Source: Minisyncoccota bacterium
GTDB taxonomy: Bacteria; Patescibacteriota; Minisyncoccia; Phycocordibacterales; UBA2100
Length of the DNA: 64,000 nucleotides
Assembly: GCA_035500505.1 (NCBI GenBank)
Contig: DATJXE010000004.1
Location: 126,977-190,976, forward strand
Direction: 5' to 3'
How positions within the stretch are numbered: position 1 is the stretch's first letter; the number at the start of each line of letters is the position of its first letter. The notes beneath the pieces were generated by a model. It searched no databases, had not been told where the DNA came from, and saw only the letters and a program-made list of their open reading frames with translations. Shown here in pieces: positions 27,722 through 39,676 of the stretch. The translations under genes were made by a program, and so were the position numbers.

Positions 27722-28057
27722 CTAATTGGACACTGGGGTTGTGCCAGGGTCTTGGCGGCTGTACACGAAGGTCCAAACTTTGTTGTCAGGATCCGGTCGG
27801 GTAACAGTCGTAATGGCATCGAGCTCTCCTTGAGAAGTTTGATCATTCACCCAACCTTTTTGTTTCAACCTGTTCCAGATAGTTGTTGACACTGCGCTCC
27901 CATGTTCGTTCCAAAAACCGTCGAGTTCCCTCCTGCTCACGGCTCCGGCGAAATGGAATTCAAATTCGATCACGTTCCCGTGGTCGCGAATATTTGTCTT
28001 GACAAGCTCAATGTATTCCGGCGATGTAGATCGGGGACGTTCTGGGGATTCTTTCAT
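27722..28057 (-). CDS. Hypothetical protein
   Basis: 111 aa; TAAACT 7 nt before ATG. Confidence 0.65.
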   Translation of the reverse strand: MKESPERPRSTSPEYIELVKTNIRDHGNVIEFEFHFAGAVSRRELDGFWNEHGSAVSTTIWNRLKQKGWVNDQTSQGELDAITTVTRPDPDNKVWTFVYSRQDPGTTPVSN

Positions 28058-28080
28058 TGGGAGCAGTTTACCACCTCAGA

Positions 28081-29340
28081 TCAGTAACTCCGCAACTGCT
28101 TCGCCCGCTCGTGGAAGCGGATACGTTCCAATGCCTTGGCTTCTATTTGGCGGATGCGCTCGCGCGTGACGCCGAATTCGCGGCCGACTTCTTCGAGGGT
28201 GTAGCAGATGCCCTCGTCGGTGAGACCGTTGCGCATTTCCAAGATCTTGCGCTCTTTCGGAGAAAGTTCGTCGAGGATGTCCATCATTTGCTCGGAGAGA
28301 ATGCGGCGCGAGGCGTCTTGGTCGGGTGATGCGATGGTTTCGTCCGCAATGAAGCTGCCAAGCGTTGAGCGCTCGTCGTCATCCTCGCCTACCGGACTCT
28401 CCAAAGAGACAGTGTCTTGGTTGATTTTCTGGATGGTGTAGATTTTCTCCACCTCAATGCCCATTTCGGCGGCGATTTCTTCCGGAAGCGGATCGCGGCC
28501 CAAATGTTGGCTCAATTCCCTCACTTTTTGCTTATATTTCGCGATAGTTTCGACCATGTGCACCGGGATGCGGATGGTGCGCGACTGGTCGGCGAGCGCG
28601 CGGGTGATGGCCTGGCGGATCCACCAGGTCGCGTAGGTCGAGAATTTGTAGCCCTTGGTGTAGTCGAATTTGTCGACTGCCTTGAAGAGACCAAGGTTGC
28701 CTTCCTGGATGAGGTCGAGGAGCGTGAGGTCGGGCGAGCGATTCACATATTTCTTGGCGATGGAAACCACGAGGCGGAGGTTGGAGCGCGCAAGAATGCC
28801 ACGAGCTTCATCGTCGCCTTCGACGATGCGCTTCGCAAGCGTCTTTTCCTGCTCACCATTCAAAAGCGGATACTGCCCTATCTCGCGCAAATACATCTGG
28901 ACGGAATCGTAGCCGGAGTCGGAGCGGCGATTCTGCAACTTCTTGCGCTCAAGCACGGAATCTGCCGAGGTGTCCTCGAGCATGCCGCCGCCTTCGAGCA
29001 CGTCGATGCCGGCCGCGCCGAAGCGCTCATACATCTCTTCGAGCAACGTCATGTTGTCCTCTATCGTCGGGAACTCGCGAAGGATCTCGTCGTAGGTGAT
29101 GTACCCGCGCTCGCGGCCGAGTTTGATGAGCGCTTCCACCTTGGTCTGCGCTTTGCCCTGCAAAAGAAGCGACTTCGCCTTCGAGCGTGCCGCGGGACGC
29201 TTCGAAGTTTTGCGTGCTCTGCCAACGGCAAAGCGCGCAGCGCGAGAGGACGCCGAACGGCGTTTTGCGACATGGGAAGAGGCGGCGCGCTTCACGCGCT
29301 TCATCGTCCTCTTTTTCGTGTGTTTTTTGGATGAAGCCAT
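28081..29340 (-). CDS. rpoD: Primary sigma factor RpoD/SigA with K/R-rich N-terminal extension
   Basis: [66 protein letters not shown]. Confidence 0.96.
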   Translation of the reverse strand: MASSKKHTKKRTMKRVKRAASSHVAKRRSASSRAARFAVGRARKTSKRPAARSKAKSLLLQGKAQTKVEALIKLGRERGYITYDEILREFPTIEDNMTLLEEMYERFGAAGIDVLEGGGMLEDTSADSVLERKKLQNRRSDSGYDSVQMYLREIGQYPLLNGEQEKTLAKRIVEGDDEARGILARSNLRLVVSIAKKYVNRSPDLTLLDLIQEGNLGLFKAVDKFDYTKGYKFSTYATWWIRQAITRALADQSRTIRIPVHMVETIAKYKQKVRELSQHLGRDPLPEEIAAEMGIEVEKIYTIQKINQDTVSLESPVGEDDDERSTLGSFIADETIASPDQDASRRILSEQMMDILDELSPKERKILEMRNGLTDEGICYTLEEVGREFGVTRERIRQIEAKALERIRFHERAKQLRSY

Positions 29341-29466
29341 AAAAATGATGCGAACACGCGAGAAAGCCGCCCCGCCTCCGCGGAAGCTGCTCTCACCGTG
29401 TCATCTTCTTTACTCATTTGATGGCTACTTTATTTCACCATCATCCCACGAGCAAAGGGAGGCATT

Positions 29467-31167
29467 CTACGCCATTCCGTCGAGCTGCGCAATGCGGCTT
29501 TTCAACAGGTTATACACAGTTTTTAAACGTTTAACTTCGGCCTCCTTCCCCTCTTCCTGCGCCAACAGCATGGCGTCATGGATCTCTGGCAAGCGTTCGG
29601 TGCGAAGGAGTTCGCGCACATGCATCCGCGCGTCGCTTTCAAGAGAGCGGCTTTTGCCGTGGTCGCGCTCTGCTTCGAAGCGCAGCGACTCCTGTTCCTC
29701 AGCGGGCAATGTGCGAAGCTTCTCGAATGAGTCTTTCCCGATGATTTCTTCAAGTTCCTTTGAAAATGCCTCTATGTCCAAGATCGGTTTCGGGAGCGAC
29801 TCTTGCCATAAGAGGAGGGCGAACGCTTGCCGCGCGCGGTCGGCCTTCGGTCGCACCGGTTTCGTCTCTTCTTCCTGCGACCGCTCCGGTTGAGGCATCT
29901 GCGGCAGCTTGGAGAGCGTTTCGCTTACTGCCGATTCTGAAACACTAAGCCGCGAAGCGATCTCGCGCACGTATTGCTCGCGCGCTATCGGCGAACGCAC
30001 ATCGGAGAGGAACGGCAGCACGGCGGCCTCGACGGAGCGGCGGAAATTGTCGGGACTTTTCGCATGTTCTTCGAGTACGTCGAGCAGGAACGTGATGATG
30101 TCCTTCGAATCGCGTATCGCTTTCTTCCACGCGTCGGCTCCCTGGGCGAGGATGAGGTCCGCCGGGTCCGATCCAGCCGGCAGGCGCGCGACTTTCACGT
30201 TGAGGCCGCCTTGGAGCGCGGCGCGCGCAGCGCGGCTCGCGGCTTTGATACCGGCTTCGTCAGCATCGAGCGCCAAGACGAGATTGTCGGTCATTCGACG
30301 GATAAGGGCCGCGTGCTCGGGCGTAAAGGCGGTGCCGGAAACCGCGACCGTATTCCCCCATCCGGCCTGGTGCGAAGCCAAGAGATCCATCTGACCTTCG
30401 ACCAAAACGGCGCAAGAAAGCTTGCGCATGGCCAACTTTGCCTTGTCGAAGCCGTAGAGAACGCGAGACTTGTGGAAGAGCGGCGTTTCGGGAGAATTCA
30501 GGTATTTCGGGGCCTCCGGCGAGGCGTTCTCGCCAAAAATACGCCCAGAAAAGGCTATGATGCGACCCGCGGAGTCGGCTATCGGGAACATGATGCGGTT
30601 GCGGAACTTATCCAAAATGCCCCTATCGCCTTTTTTGCCGACGCCCGCGTCGATGATCTCCTTGTCGGAAAACCCCTTCGATCTCAAGAAGTCGCAAGCG
30701 TCCGTCCAGCCGGCCCCCGCGAGTCCAAGACGGAATTCTTTGATCGTCGCGTCTTTCAACCCGCGCTCGCGCAGATACTTTTTCGCGTCATCAGAAAGTT
30801 TGGATGCGTGGTGGATCGTCGCCACTTCCATCAACTCGAACAACCGCTCACGCTCGTCTTTTTTCTCTTTGCCGCCGCACTCGTAGACTATCTCAACGCC
30901 TGCTTTGTCGGCCAGCACTTTCAGGGCGCCTTTGAAATCGAGTCCTTCTATTTTCTCCACGAACGTGAAGATGTCGCCGCCTTCGCCACACCCGAAACAG
31001 TGAAAAGTGCCACGCTCGGCGGAGACGAAGAACGAGGGCGTCTTCTCCGCGTGGAACGGACAGCGCGCGCGCAAAGTCGAACCCGCCCTGTCGAGCTTCA
31101 CGTATTGCGACACGACGTCCACGATGGAAAGCCTGTCTTTTATTTGTTGTACGGTGTCCGACGCCAT
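29467..31167 (-). CDS. dnaG: DNA primase
   Basis: CPFHAEKTPSF, CFGC, FRNRIMFPI, PKYLNSPET, VEGQMD, DADEAG. Confidence 0.97.
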   Translation of the reverse strand: MASDTVQQIKDRLSIVDVVSQYVKLDRAGSTLRARCPFHAEKTPSFFVSAERGTFHCFGCGEGGDIFTFVEKIEGLDFKGALKVLADKAGVEIVYECGGKEKKDERERLFELMEVATIHHASKLSDDAKKYLRERGLKDATIKEFRLGLAGAGWTDACDFLRSKGFSDKEIIDAGVGKKGDRGILDKFRNRIMFPIADSAGRIIAFSGRIFGENASPEAPKYLNSPETPLFHKSRVLYGFDKAKLAMRKLSCAVLVEGQMDLLASHQAGWGNTVAVSGTAFTPEHAALIRRMTDNLVLALDADEAGIKAASRAARAALQGGLNVKVARLPAGSDPADLILAQGADAWKKAIRDSKDIITFLLDVLEEHAKSPDNFRRSVEAAVLPFLSDVRSPIAREQYVREIASRLSVSESAVSETLSKLPQMPQPERSQEEETKPVRPKADRARQAFALLLWQESLPKPILDIEAFSKELEEIIGKDSFEKLRTLPAEEQESLRFEAERDHGKSRSLESDARMHVRELLRTERLPEIHDAMLLAQEEGKEAEVKRLKTVYNLLKSRIAQLDGMA

Positions 31168-31255
31168 CGCAGTCATTATGCTCCATCCAAAATGGAAAAG
31201 CGAAAGCCCGACATTTGCGTCGGGCATTCGATAGAACTTGATCCACAGAACTTGA

Positions 31256-31735
31256 TCAGCTGCACGCCAGCATGTCGTCACCCGGCTTGTCGCCTAAGGG
31301 GGCATAGTGTGCTTCGGAGACGGCCATCGGGATGAACTGAACGCAGTACTTCAGAACGAGCGCGTCGAGGTCCCCGAGCGTGACGGCGTCCGTCGACGCA
31401 TACAGCGCGATGGAGCGATCGGTGGCTGTGCCGTCGGACTTCTGTGCATCCGTGCAGTGTGGGAACAGCACGGCAGCGAGGCCCGGGAACAACGTGTCCT
31501 TTCGGACTACCTTGAATACCAGTCCTCGGGCCCAGAAATAGCCGTCCTCGGTCTTTTCGATGAACGGACACCTGTATTCGCGAAGTCCGTTCGCCGCCTT
31601 GACCAGAACTGATGTGTTCAGGCCTCGCCGTGATTCGAACCACTTTGCGTATGCATCCTGAAGCTTTGGCAGACTGGGCGGAAAGAACGGCCCACGCCAG
31701 CGCTTGAGTTTCGTATTAACTTGTTGGTTGCTCAT
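31256..31735 (-). CDS. Hypothetical protein (ORFan between rpoC and dnaG)
   Basis: GAGGAGG SD; 159 aa. Confidence 0.6.
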   Translation of the reverse strand: MSNQQVNTKLKRWRGPFFPPSLPKLQDAYAKWFESRRGLNTSVLVKAANGLREYRCPFIEKTEDGYFWARGLVFKVVRKDTLFPGLAAVLFPHCTDAQKSDGTATDRSIALYASTDAVTLGDLDALVLKYCVQFIPMAVSEAHYAPLGDKPGDDMLACS

Positions 31736-31789
31736 CGCGCTTCCTCCTCGGCCCTCTGCCGAATTCGAATGGCACTTTCGGCTTTGTAC

Positions 31790-31828
31790 CACGAAAAACG
31801 CGCCGTTCAAAGCGGCGCGTTTTTCGTG
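31790..31828 (-). terminator. Intrinsic terminator of rpoBC
   Basis: cacgaaaaacgcgccg/cggcgcgtttttcgtg. Confidence 0.8.
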
Positions 31829-31842
31829 CATTAGCTTGGCGA

Positions 31843-34800
31843 TTAGCGCTCGACCGTGTCGCGCTCCCGTTCGGTCGTCGGTATTTCGACCGGCTGTTGC
31901 GACTGGATCTCGGCTTCCATCTGCTCGACCAGCTCATATTTTTTGCTGCCCGCAAAGCCGGTGCCGGCGGGGATGAGACGGCCAATAATAACGTTCTCCT
32001 TGAGGCCGACAAGGCGGTCGACGGCGCCGCCGACGGCGGCTTCGGCCAACTTGCGCGGCGTGTTCTGGAAGGAGATCGCCGAGAGGAAGGATGCGCGCGT
32101 GAGCGAGACTTCGGTGATACCGAGCAAAAGCTGCTTGCCTTTCGCCGGTTCTTTGTCATTCTCTTTCGCCACTTTATTCAAGCGTTCGAATTCGAAGTCG
32201 GCGACGATGTCGCCCGCGGATACGCCCGTGTCGCCCACCGAGGTGATGGAGACGCGCGAGAACATCTGCTTGACGATGATCTCCAGGTGCTTACGCGCGG
32301 TCGAAACACCCTGCAATTCGTAGATGCGGGTGATCTCGCCGATGATGTACTCCTGGGAGCGCTCCTTGCCTGCGTAGAGGAAGAGCTCATCGAGGTCCGC
32401 GGAGCCGTTGGTGAGGAAGTCTCCCTTCTGCACGGAGTCGCCGACTTTGACGACGATGGTGCGGAGCGGGTGGACGCGGTATTCGGTCTCTTTCTTGGCA
32501 CCCTTTGCGGTCTTCGCGGTCGAGGCGGTTTCGGGAACGATGGTGATGACCATTTCGTCGCCGTCCTTCACGATGTCGGAAATGACGCCGGACACGCGAG
32601 CAATTGTCGCAGGAAGCTTCGGCGCGCGCGTTTCGAAGACCTCTTCGACGCGCGGCAGACCCATGGTGATGTCGCCGCCCGCGCTCGCAACGCCTCCGGT
32701 GTGGAAGGTACGCATCGTGAGCTGGGTGCCCGGCTCGCCGATCGCCTGCGCGGCGATAACGCCGACCGCTTCACCGACGTCGACGATCTCTCCCGTCGTG
32801 AGGTCGAGGCCGTAGCATTTCTGACAAACGCCGCGCGCGACCTTGCAGGTCATGGGCGAACGTACAGTGACTTCTTTGATGCTCGCGTCATCCTCGATGG
32901 CCTTCGCGTCGTCGCGGCTCACGAGGTGGCCGCGCTTGAATGTCCCCGCTTCTTCGGCCAATACCCTCCCGACAACTCTATCGGCGAACGAACCGCCGAT
33001 GTTCTCTTTGCCCGGGCGCTGTATCGCGACCCCGCCGTGCGTGCCGCAATCGTCTTCCAGTACAACGACGTCGTGCGCGACGTCGAAGAGGCGGCGCGTG
33101 AGGTAGCCGGCGCGCGCGGTGTTGAGTGCGGTGTCGGCCAAGCCTTTGCGGGCGCCGTGGGTCGAGATGAAGTATTCGATGGGCGTGAGACCTTCTTTCA
33201 AGGATGCGGTGATCGGGAATTCGATGATCTCGCCGCGCGGGTTGGTGATGAGTCCTTTCATACCGGCCATTTGGTGCAGCTGGACGACGCTACCACGAGC
33301 GCCGGAGGTTATCATGTCGTGCACCGGACCCTGCTTGTCGAGGGCCTCGACGACGTGCTTGCGGAGGTCGCCGGACACTTTCGCCCAGATCTCGATGGTC
33401 ATGCGCTTGCGCTCTTCTTCGGTGAGGAGTCCCTGCTGGTAGTTCTCCTCTTCCTTCGCGACGGCCTCGCGGCCCGCCTTGACCAGCCCTTCTTTCACTT
33501 CGGGAACGACGACGTCGGAGAGCGACCACGTGATGCCGGCCTCGGTCGCGTAGCGGAATCCGAACGCCTTTATCTTGTCGAGGATGGCGGGGATGCCGTC
33601 GAGCTTGTAGCGCGTGACGAGCTGGTGCACGAGCGAGTTCATCCGCTTGTTGGTTATTTCTTCATTGAGGAACGGGAAATCGCTCGGCAGGACGGAGTTG
33701 AAGAGAAGCCTGCCGACGCTCGTCTCGAAAACCTTGCCTTCGAACTGCGCGTACTTCGCGCTGTCGCCCGGCAGGACCTTTATCTTCGCGCGCAGATCGA
33801 CCGCGCCGAAATCGTGCGCGGTGATGGCGGCGTTGGTCGAGGGGAACGACTTCCCTTCGCCCGCGAGACCCTCGACTTGTTTGGTCATCCAGTAGCAGCC
33901 CAGGACGATGTCGAGCAATTTGGATGCGACGACGACGTCGCCGCTCCCAGGCTTCAAGACGTTCTTGTTGGCCGACATTATTTTTGCGGCCTCCATTTGC
34001 GCGGCTTCGGAGAGCGGCACGTGCACGGCCATGGCGTCGCCGTCGAAGTCGGCGTTGTACGCCGGGCAGACGAGCGGGTGCACCTGGATGGCGTTGCCTT
34101 CGATGAGGACCGGGCGGAAGGCCTGGATGGACTGGCGGTGGAGGGTCGGCGCGCGGTTCAAAAGCACGTACTTCCCTTTGATGGCCTCTTCGAGGATGGG
34201 CCAGACTTCCGGCGCTTCGTCTTCTATCAAGCGGCCGGCGCCGCGAATGTTGTAGGCGTGTTCCCTGGCGAGCAATCCTTGGATGACGAACGGGCGGAAC
34301 AGTTCCAAGACCATGTGTTTCGGAAGCCCGCACTCGTCGAGCGCGAGTTCGGGACCGACGACGATGACGGAACGTCCCGAGTAGTCAACGCGCTTGCCGA
34401 GGAGGTTCTGGCGGAGGTACCCGTGCTTGCCCTTGAGGTAATCGGCGAGCGATTTGAGCGCGCGACGGCGGCCTCCGAGAATACCAAGCACGCCTGCGCC
34501 GCGGCGCATGGAGTTGTCGAGAAGAGCGTCGACCGCCTCCTGCAAGATGCGCTTTTCGTTGCGCAAGATGACTTCCGGCGCGTGTATCTGCTGGAGACGC
34601 TTCAAACGGTTATTCCTGTTGATGACGCGGCGATAGAGGTCGTTGAGATCGGAAGACGCGTGGCGGCCGCCTTCGAGCGCGACCATGGGCCGAAGCGCCG
34701 GCGGAACGACCGGAAGGCGCGTCATGAACATCCACTCCGGACGGACGTCGGCGCGGCGCAGGCTCTCGGCGAGCGAGAGGCGCTTGCGCAGCTTGTCGCG

Positions 34801-35550
34801 TTCGGCGGCTCCCGCCGTCTCATACTCTTCCTTGGCGTTCTTGATGAACGCATTGAGGTCGATCTTCTTCAGTATTTCGTACAGCGCTTCGGCGCCGATG
34901 GCGGCGCGGAACATCGCGCCGTATTTGACGGCGAAAAGGTGGTAGGCGGCTTCGTCGAGGACGGCGCCGACCTGCACGGATTCGATCTCTTTCTTCGCCT
35001 TGGTCGCTTTGTCCTTGAGTTCGGTTTTAATGTCTGCGTTGGCCGCCGACTTCGTCTTTGTCTGGAATTCGTGTTCGAGGTCTTTCAACAGGCGCGTTCG
35101 CTCGTCTTCGTCGACGGACGTGACGATGTAGCCCGCGAAGTACACTACTTTCTCCACTTCGGCGGCGGAAAGGCCGAGCATGAGCGCAATGCGCGACGGG
35201 ATGCCGCGGAGGAACCAGATGTGCGCGACGGGCGTTGCGAGATCGATGTGACCCATACGCTCGCGACGGACGATGGCGCGCGTAATTTCGACGCCGCACT
35301 TCTCGCAGACGATGCCGCGGAAACGGATACCTCGATACTTGCCGCAGTAGCATTCGTAATCCTTTTCGGGGCCGAACACGCGCTCGTCGAAGAGGCCGTT
35401 CTTTTCCGGCCTTTGCGTTCTGTAGTTGATGGTCTCTGGCTTCGTGATCTCGCCGAAACTCCACTCCAGCACGCGGTCAGGAGAGGCCAATCGCATCGCG
35501 ACGGCGCTGAAATCCTGCGGGATCATGTCTTTTCGTTTTGGTGTTGCCAT
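31843..35550 (-). CDS. rpoC: RNA polymerase beta' subunit
   Basis: [50 protein letters not shown]. Confidence 0.99.
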   Translation of the reverse strand: MATPKRKDMIPQDFSAVAMRLASPDRVLEWSFGEITKPETINYRTQRPEKNGLFDERVFGPEKDYECYCGKYRGIRFRGIVCEKCGVEITRAIVRRERMGHIDLATPVAHIWFLRGIPSRIALMLGLSAAEVEKVVYFAGYIVTSVDEDERTRLLKDLEHEFQTKTKSAANADIKTELKDKATKAKKEIESVQVGAVLDEAAYHLFAVKYGAMFRAAIGAEALYEILKKIDLNAFIKNAKEEYETAGAAERDKLRKRLSLAESLRRADVRPEWMFMTRLPVVPPALRPMVALEGGRHASSDLNDLYRRVINRNNRLKRLQQIHAPEVILRNEKRILQEAVDALLDNSMRRGAGVLGILGGRRRALKSLADYLKGKHGYLRQNLLGKRVDYSGRSVIVVGPELALDECGLPKHMVLELFRPFVIQGLLAREHAYNIRGAGRLIEDEAPEVWPILEEAIKGKYVLLNRAPTLHRQSIQAFRPVLIEGNAIQVHPLVCPAYNADFDGDAMAVHVPLSEAAQMEAAKIMSANKNVLKPGSGDVVVASKLLDIVLGCYWMTKQVEGLAGEGKSFPSTNAAITAHDFGAVDLRAKIKVLPGDSAKYAQFEGKVFETSVGRLLFNSVLPSDFPFLNEEITNKRMNSLVHQLVTRYKLDGIPAILDKIKAFGFRYATEAGITWSLSDVVVPEVKEGLVKAGREAVAKEEENYQQGLLTEEERKRMTIEIWAKVSGDLRKHVVEALDKQGPVHDMITSGARGSVVQLHQMAGMKGLITNPRGEIIEFPITASLKEGLTPIEYFISTHGARKGLADTALNTARAGYLTRRLFDVAHDVVVLEDDCGTHGGVAIQRPGKENIGGSFADRVVGRVLAEEAGTFKRGHLVSRDDAKAIEDDASIKEVTVRSPMTCKVARGVCQKCYGLDLTTGEIVDVGEAVGVIAAQAIGEPGTQLTMRTFHTGGVASAGGDITMGLPRVEEVFETRAPKLPATIARVSGVISDIVKDGDEMVITIVPETASTAKTAKGAKKETEYRVHPLRTIVVKVGDSVQKGDFLTNGSADLDELFLYAGKERSQEYIIGEITRIYELQGVSTARKHLEIIVKQMFSRVSITSVGDTGVSAGDIVADFEFERLNKVAKENDKEPAKGKQLLLGITEVSLTRASFLSAISFQNTPRKLAEAAVGGAVDRLVGLKENVIIGRLIPAGTGFAGSKKYELVEQMEAEIQSQQPVEIPTTERERDTVER

Positions 35551-35555
35551 AAGGA

Positions 35556-38500
35556 TTAGGAGTTACGTGCAGATTCGCTGCCTTCTAAAAATTCGATGTC
35601 GATGCCAAGCCCGCGCAAGTGTCTGACCAGGACGTTGAACGTGGCCGGCGTGTTGGTCTCTTCGATGCGCTTGCCGGAGACGATGGCGTCGAATGCCGCC
35701 GAACGTCCCAGGATGTCGTCGGATTTGATGGTGAGAATTTCGCGCAGAGAGTATGCGGCGCCGTAGCCGAGGAACGCCCAGACTTCCATTTCCCCGACGC
35801 GCTGGCCGCCGTTCTGCGCCTTGCCGCCGAGCGGTTGCTGCGTCGTGAGCGAGTACGGACCGATGGAGCGCATGTGTATCTTGTCCTCCACCATGTGGTG
35901 CAATTTCAGCATGTACATGACGCCGACGGAGACCGGCTGCGCAAAAGCCTCGCCGGTGCGGCCGTCGAAGAGTGTGCGCTTGCCGCTCTCGTGCACGCCC
36001 GCCTTCTTGAGCTCCTCTTTGATCTCCACTTCGGTCGCCGAAGCGAACGACGGAACGACCGCCTGGTAGCCGAGCATTTCCGCCGCGAGGCCGAGATGCG
36101 TTTCGTAGATCTGGCCCAAGTTCATACGCGAGGGCACGCCGAGCGGGGTCAGGATGATGTCCACCGGGTTGCCGTCTTGATCGAAGGGCATGTCCTCTTC
36201 CGGGAGCACGCGAGAAATGACACCCTTGTTGCCGTGGCGGCCGGCGAGCTTGTCGCCTACCGAGATGGCTCGGAGTTGCGCCACTTCGACGTGGACGCGC
36301 TTGATGACGCCGCTTTCGAGCTGGTCGCCGTTCTCGCGCGAAAACACTTTGACGCCAACGATGCGGCCGCGCTTGCCGCCTTCCATGCGAAGGCTCGTAT
36401 CTTTCACGTCCTTCGCCTTCTCACCGAAAATGGCATGCAAGAGGCGCTCCTCGGGCGTGAGCTGCGTTTCGCCTTTGGGCGTTACCTTGCCGACCAAGAT
36501 GTCGCCAGGGCGGACTTCCGCACCGATCCTGATGACACCGTCCTCGTCGAGGTTGCGGAGTTTGAATTCGGAAACGTTGGGGATGTCGTGGGTCGTGACT
36601 TCCGCGCCGAGCTTGGTGTCGCGGACGACGCAGACGAACTCTTCCATGTGGATGGAGGTGAATTTCGCGTCCTTTGCAAGACGCTCGGAGATGACGATGG
36701 CATCCTCGAAGTTGGCGCCGAACCAGGGCAAAAAGGCGACGCGCACGTTCTGGCCGATGGCGAGCTGTCCGCCCACGGACGTCGATGTATCCGCGAGAAC
36801 GGTGCCCTTGCGCACCGTGTCTCCCACCGAAACGAGCGGGCGCTGGTGGAACGTGGTGAAGCCGTTGGTCCGCATAAAATTCACGAGGTTGTACTCTTTG
36901 GTCTTGCCGTCCTGGTTCTTGATCTTGATCGACTGCGCGTCGGCGAAGGTCACCTCGCCCGCCTCTTCGGCGACGACAAGTCTGCCGGAGTCGCGTGCGG
37001 CGGCGCTTTCGACGCCCGTCGCGACGACCGGCGCTTCGGGCACCACGAGCGGTACGGCTTGTTTCTGCATGTTCGAACCCATGAGCGCGCGGTTCGCGTC
37101 GTCATTCTCGACGAACGGGATGAGGGACGTTGCGACGGAGAACGGCTGGTTGGTCGCAACTTCTATGTAATCGACGTCTTCGCGACGCACCAACGTGGGC
37201 TTGCCGCCTTTGCGGACCTCGACCATCTTCTCGCTTATCTTGCCGTTGTCGTCCCGGGGCGTCGCGGCGTGCGCGATGGCGAAATCCTCTTCCTCAAGCG
37301 CGTTCAGGTAATTGATATCCTTGGTGATGCTTCCCTTCTCGACTTTCGCGTAGGGAGTTTCGATGATGCCGAATTCGTTGGGGCGCGCGTAGAGCGACAT
37401 GTGCAAGACAAGCCCGATGTTCTTGCCTTCGGGCGTGTGAATGGGACAGACGCGGCCGTAGTGCGAGGAGTGTACGTCGCGCACTTCCAATCCGGCGCGC
37501 TCCGAGGTGAGGCCGCCGCGGCCGAGCGTTGAGAGCGTGCGGAGGTGTTCTATCTCGTCGAGCACGTTGTACTGCTGCATGAGCTGCGAGAGCTGATCGG
37601 TCGTGAAGAACTCGCGGATGGCGGCATGGAAGGGGCGCGGGTTGACCATCGAGACCGGGAGGGTCGTTTCGGGATCCACCATCGCCATGCGGTCCTGGAT
37701 ATTCCGTTTCATTCTGGACAGACCGACGCGCATCCGCTGCTCGAGCAATTCCCCCGCAAAACGCACGCGACGGAAACCGAGGTGGTCGATGTCGTCCGCT
37801 TCCGCGTTGGGATTGGCGTTCAATTCGACGATGTGCGTGATGATCTTCACGAGCGTCTCGAGGTCGAGCGTCGAGCGTGCGAGGTGCTTCTCGTCGGTCG
37901 GGAGCCCGAAGCGGCGGTTGAAGTGGAAGCGGCCAACCCGAGAGAAGTCGTAGCGCTCCGCCGAAAGTATTGCCTCAACGTGGTCACGCGCGCTTTCCGC
38001 CGTGGCGATGTCGCCGTCGCGGAGCCTGCGGTAGATCTCGACGAACGCCTCTTCGACCGATTTTGCGTGATCGAGAGCCAGGGTCGTTGAGACCATGTCC
38101 CGAACGGCAGCGCTGCCCCCGCCTTTGGCGGAGAATTTTTGCATCATTTCGGCATCGGTTTTGAGGCCCAACACGCGCAAAAGCGAGGTGACCGGAAAGC
38201 GGCGTTTGCGGTCAATCTTCACATAGATAGCGCCGTCCGGGTCGGACTCTATCTCGATCCATACGCCGCGTGCGGGGATAATCTTCGCTGCGAAATAATT
38301 CTTGCCTTTGTAGGGAATGCCTTCAAAAAAGACACCGTAGGAGCGGGCGAGCTGGGGCACGACGATGCGTTCGACGCCGTTGATGATGAAGGTGCCGTGC
38401 GCGGTCATCCACGGAAAATCGGCCAGGAATATCTCCTGTTCTTTCTTGTCGCCGGTCGTCTTGTTCCTCAAGCGCACCACCATCGAAAGCGGCGCCTCGT

Positions 38501-38756
38501 ACGTGCGCATCATTTTCTTCGCGCTGTGCTCGTCGATACGGAGATCACCAAACGAAAATTTCACGAGCTCAAGCTCGAATTTCTTGCCGGAGTGATCGGC
38601 GATCGGAGAGAATTCCTTGAAGACGCGCTCTGCTCCGCCTTCAACGAATTCCTTGAACGATGCGATCTGGCTCTCGACCAACGACGGCATTTTCACGAGC
38701 GGCTCCCGGAATTTGCCGAAGTACTTCTGCGGACGCGTCGATTTCTGTTTAGCCAT
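35556..38756 (-). CDS. rpoB: RNA polymerase beta subunit
   Basis: RDVHSSHYGRVCPIHTPEG, RALMGSNMQKQ, GDKLAGRHGNKG, GGQRVGEME. Confidence 0.99.
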   Translation of the reverse strand: MAKQKSTRPQKYFGKFREPLVKMPSLVESQIASFKEFVEGGAERVFKEFSPIADHSGKKFELELVKFSFGDLRIDEHSAKKMMRTYEAPLSMVVRLRNKTTGDKKEQEIFLADFPWMTAHGTFIINGVERIVVPQLARSYGVFFEGIPYKGKNYFAAKIIPARGVWIEIESDPDGAIYVKIDRKRRFPVTSLLRVLGLKTDAEMMQKFSAKGGGSAAVRDMVSTTLALDHAKSVEEAFVEIYRRLRDGDIATAESARDHVEAILSAERYDFSRVGRFHFNRRFGLPTDEKHLARSTLDLETLVKIITHIVELNANPNAEADDIDHLGFRRVRFAGELLEQRMRVGLSRMKRNIQDRMAMVDPETTLPVSMVNPRPFHAAIREFFTTDQLSQLMQQYNVLDEIEHLRTLSTLGRGGLTSERAGLEVRDVHSSHYGRVCPIHTPEGKNIGLVLHMSLYARPNEFGIIETPYAKVEKGSITKDINYLNALEEEDFAIAHAATPRDDNGKISEKMVEVRKGGKPTLVRREDVDYIEVATNQPFSVATSLIPFVENDDANRALMGSNMQKQAVPLVVPEAPVVATGVESAAARDSGRLVVAEEAGEVTFADAQSIKIKNQDGKTKEYNLVNFMRTNGFTTFHQRPLVSVGDTVRKGTVLADTSTSVGGQLAIGQNVRVAFLPWFGANFEDAIVISERLAKDAKFTSIHMEEFVCVVRDTKLGAEVTTHDIPNVSEFKLRNLDEDGVIRIGAEVRPGDILVGKVTPKGETQLTPEERLLHAIFGEKAKDVKDTSLRMEGGKRGRIVGVKVFSRENGDQLESGVIKRVHVEVAQLRAISVGDKLAGRHGNKGVISRVLPEEDMPFDQDGNPVDIILTPLGVPSRMNLGQIYETHLGLAAEMLGYQAVVPSFASATEVEIKEELKKAGVHESGKRTLFDGRTGEAFAQPVSVGVMYMLKLHHMVEDKIHMRSIGPYSLTTQQPLGGKAQNGGQRVGEMEVWAFLGYGAAYSLREILTIKSDDILGRSAAFDAIVSGKRIEETNTPATFNVLVRHLRGLGIDIEFLEGSESARNS

Positions 38757-38924
38757 GTAGTTGTTTCGTTAACGCGCAGAAACGAGACACACGCTTCATG
38801 CGCCTGCCCGCCTTCGGCGGGTTCTCTATTAAGTTGTCACACTTCTTTTATAAAAAGCCCTGACCCACTTTCTTTACTCAAAGCGCAGGCGCAACTCAAT
38901 CGGCTTGCGAGCAAATGTCGGAAA

Positions 38925-38953
38925 AGTATATATGACCTCCACATAAGAGTCAA
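38925..38953 (-). promoter_or_regulatory. Sigma70 promoter of rpoBC
   Basis: TTGACT-17-TATACT. Confidence 0.75.
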
Positions 38954-39021
38954 GTGAAATCTGCATGAAAAAAGGCCCCGCACCGCAGGGCCTTTTCACG
39001 CCGCATCTTAGTTCGTGACTG

Positions 39022-39258
39022 TTACGCCAGCCGTTGGACCTTGCCATCCACGACGATCGCCGGCACCGAATAGCGGTTGCCGAAATCGTATTGGGTGGGC
39101 TCGCTGCCGAAGCGGCCGCGCGGTCGTGTGATCTGCACGCCATCGTAAACGCCGCGGCCACGTTTTCGCGTACCCACGGAAGCGATAGCGTTGTTGAAAA
39201 GTGCATCGACGATCGGCTGAGTCCGGTCCGTACCGGACGGAATCGTATTCATGGGCAT
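39022..39258 (-). CDS. Small hypothetical protein
   Basis: AGGGGA SD, TATACT upstream, hairpin downstream. Confidence 0.6.
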   Translation of the reverse strand: MPMNTIPSGTDRTQPIVDALFNNAIASVGTRKRGRGVYDGVQITRPRGRFGSEPTQYDFGNRYSVPAIVVDGKVQRLA

Positions 39259-39391
39259 CCCCTTTGTTCAGCCACGTTCCATCACGAGGCTAAAAGTATA
39301 ATAACACGAATAAAACATTTCTCAAGTAAAGTGAGTCGGGCAATCCAAGAATCTATGGATTGCCCGTTTTTTGAGTTTCCCCATGATCGCC

Positions 39392-39598
39392 TCACACTGT
39401 TGGAGGTCCAAATTTGTCGCTCCACAGAGGCCGACCGTCAAGCCGGACGGCTTTCCATTTGCCGTCGACCTTTCGGACTTCCGCCGCGGCGGCTTGTGTC
39501 CGCCATTCGGGAATGTGAATTTCCCGAACCGTTTTTGGCTCTTCGGGGATGTTAACGACCTCTTCCGGCGCACGGGGCGCCTTAACCATTTTGTTCAT
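39392..39598 (-). CDS. Small hypothetical protein
   Basis: AGGGAG SD; hairpin 39337-39366 downstream. Confidence 0.55.
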   Translation of the reverse strand: MNKMVKAPRAPEEVVNIPEEPKTVREIHIPEWRTQAAAAEVRKVDGKWKAVRLDGRPLWSDKFGPPTV

Positions 39599-39676
39599 AA
39601 TTCGTACTCCCTGTTACGGTAACGAATGTAGCGCTTATGCGCCCTAGCACAACTGTAACACCTTATTTGATACATT

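Noticed and set aside
31897-37532. Very long plus-strand ORFs (1220 aa, 637 aa) and similar antisense ORFs over gyrA, dnaG, smc, dnaE, gyrB
   Set aside because: Shadow frames produced by GC-rich codon bias of the real genes; no motifs.
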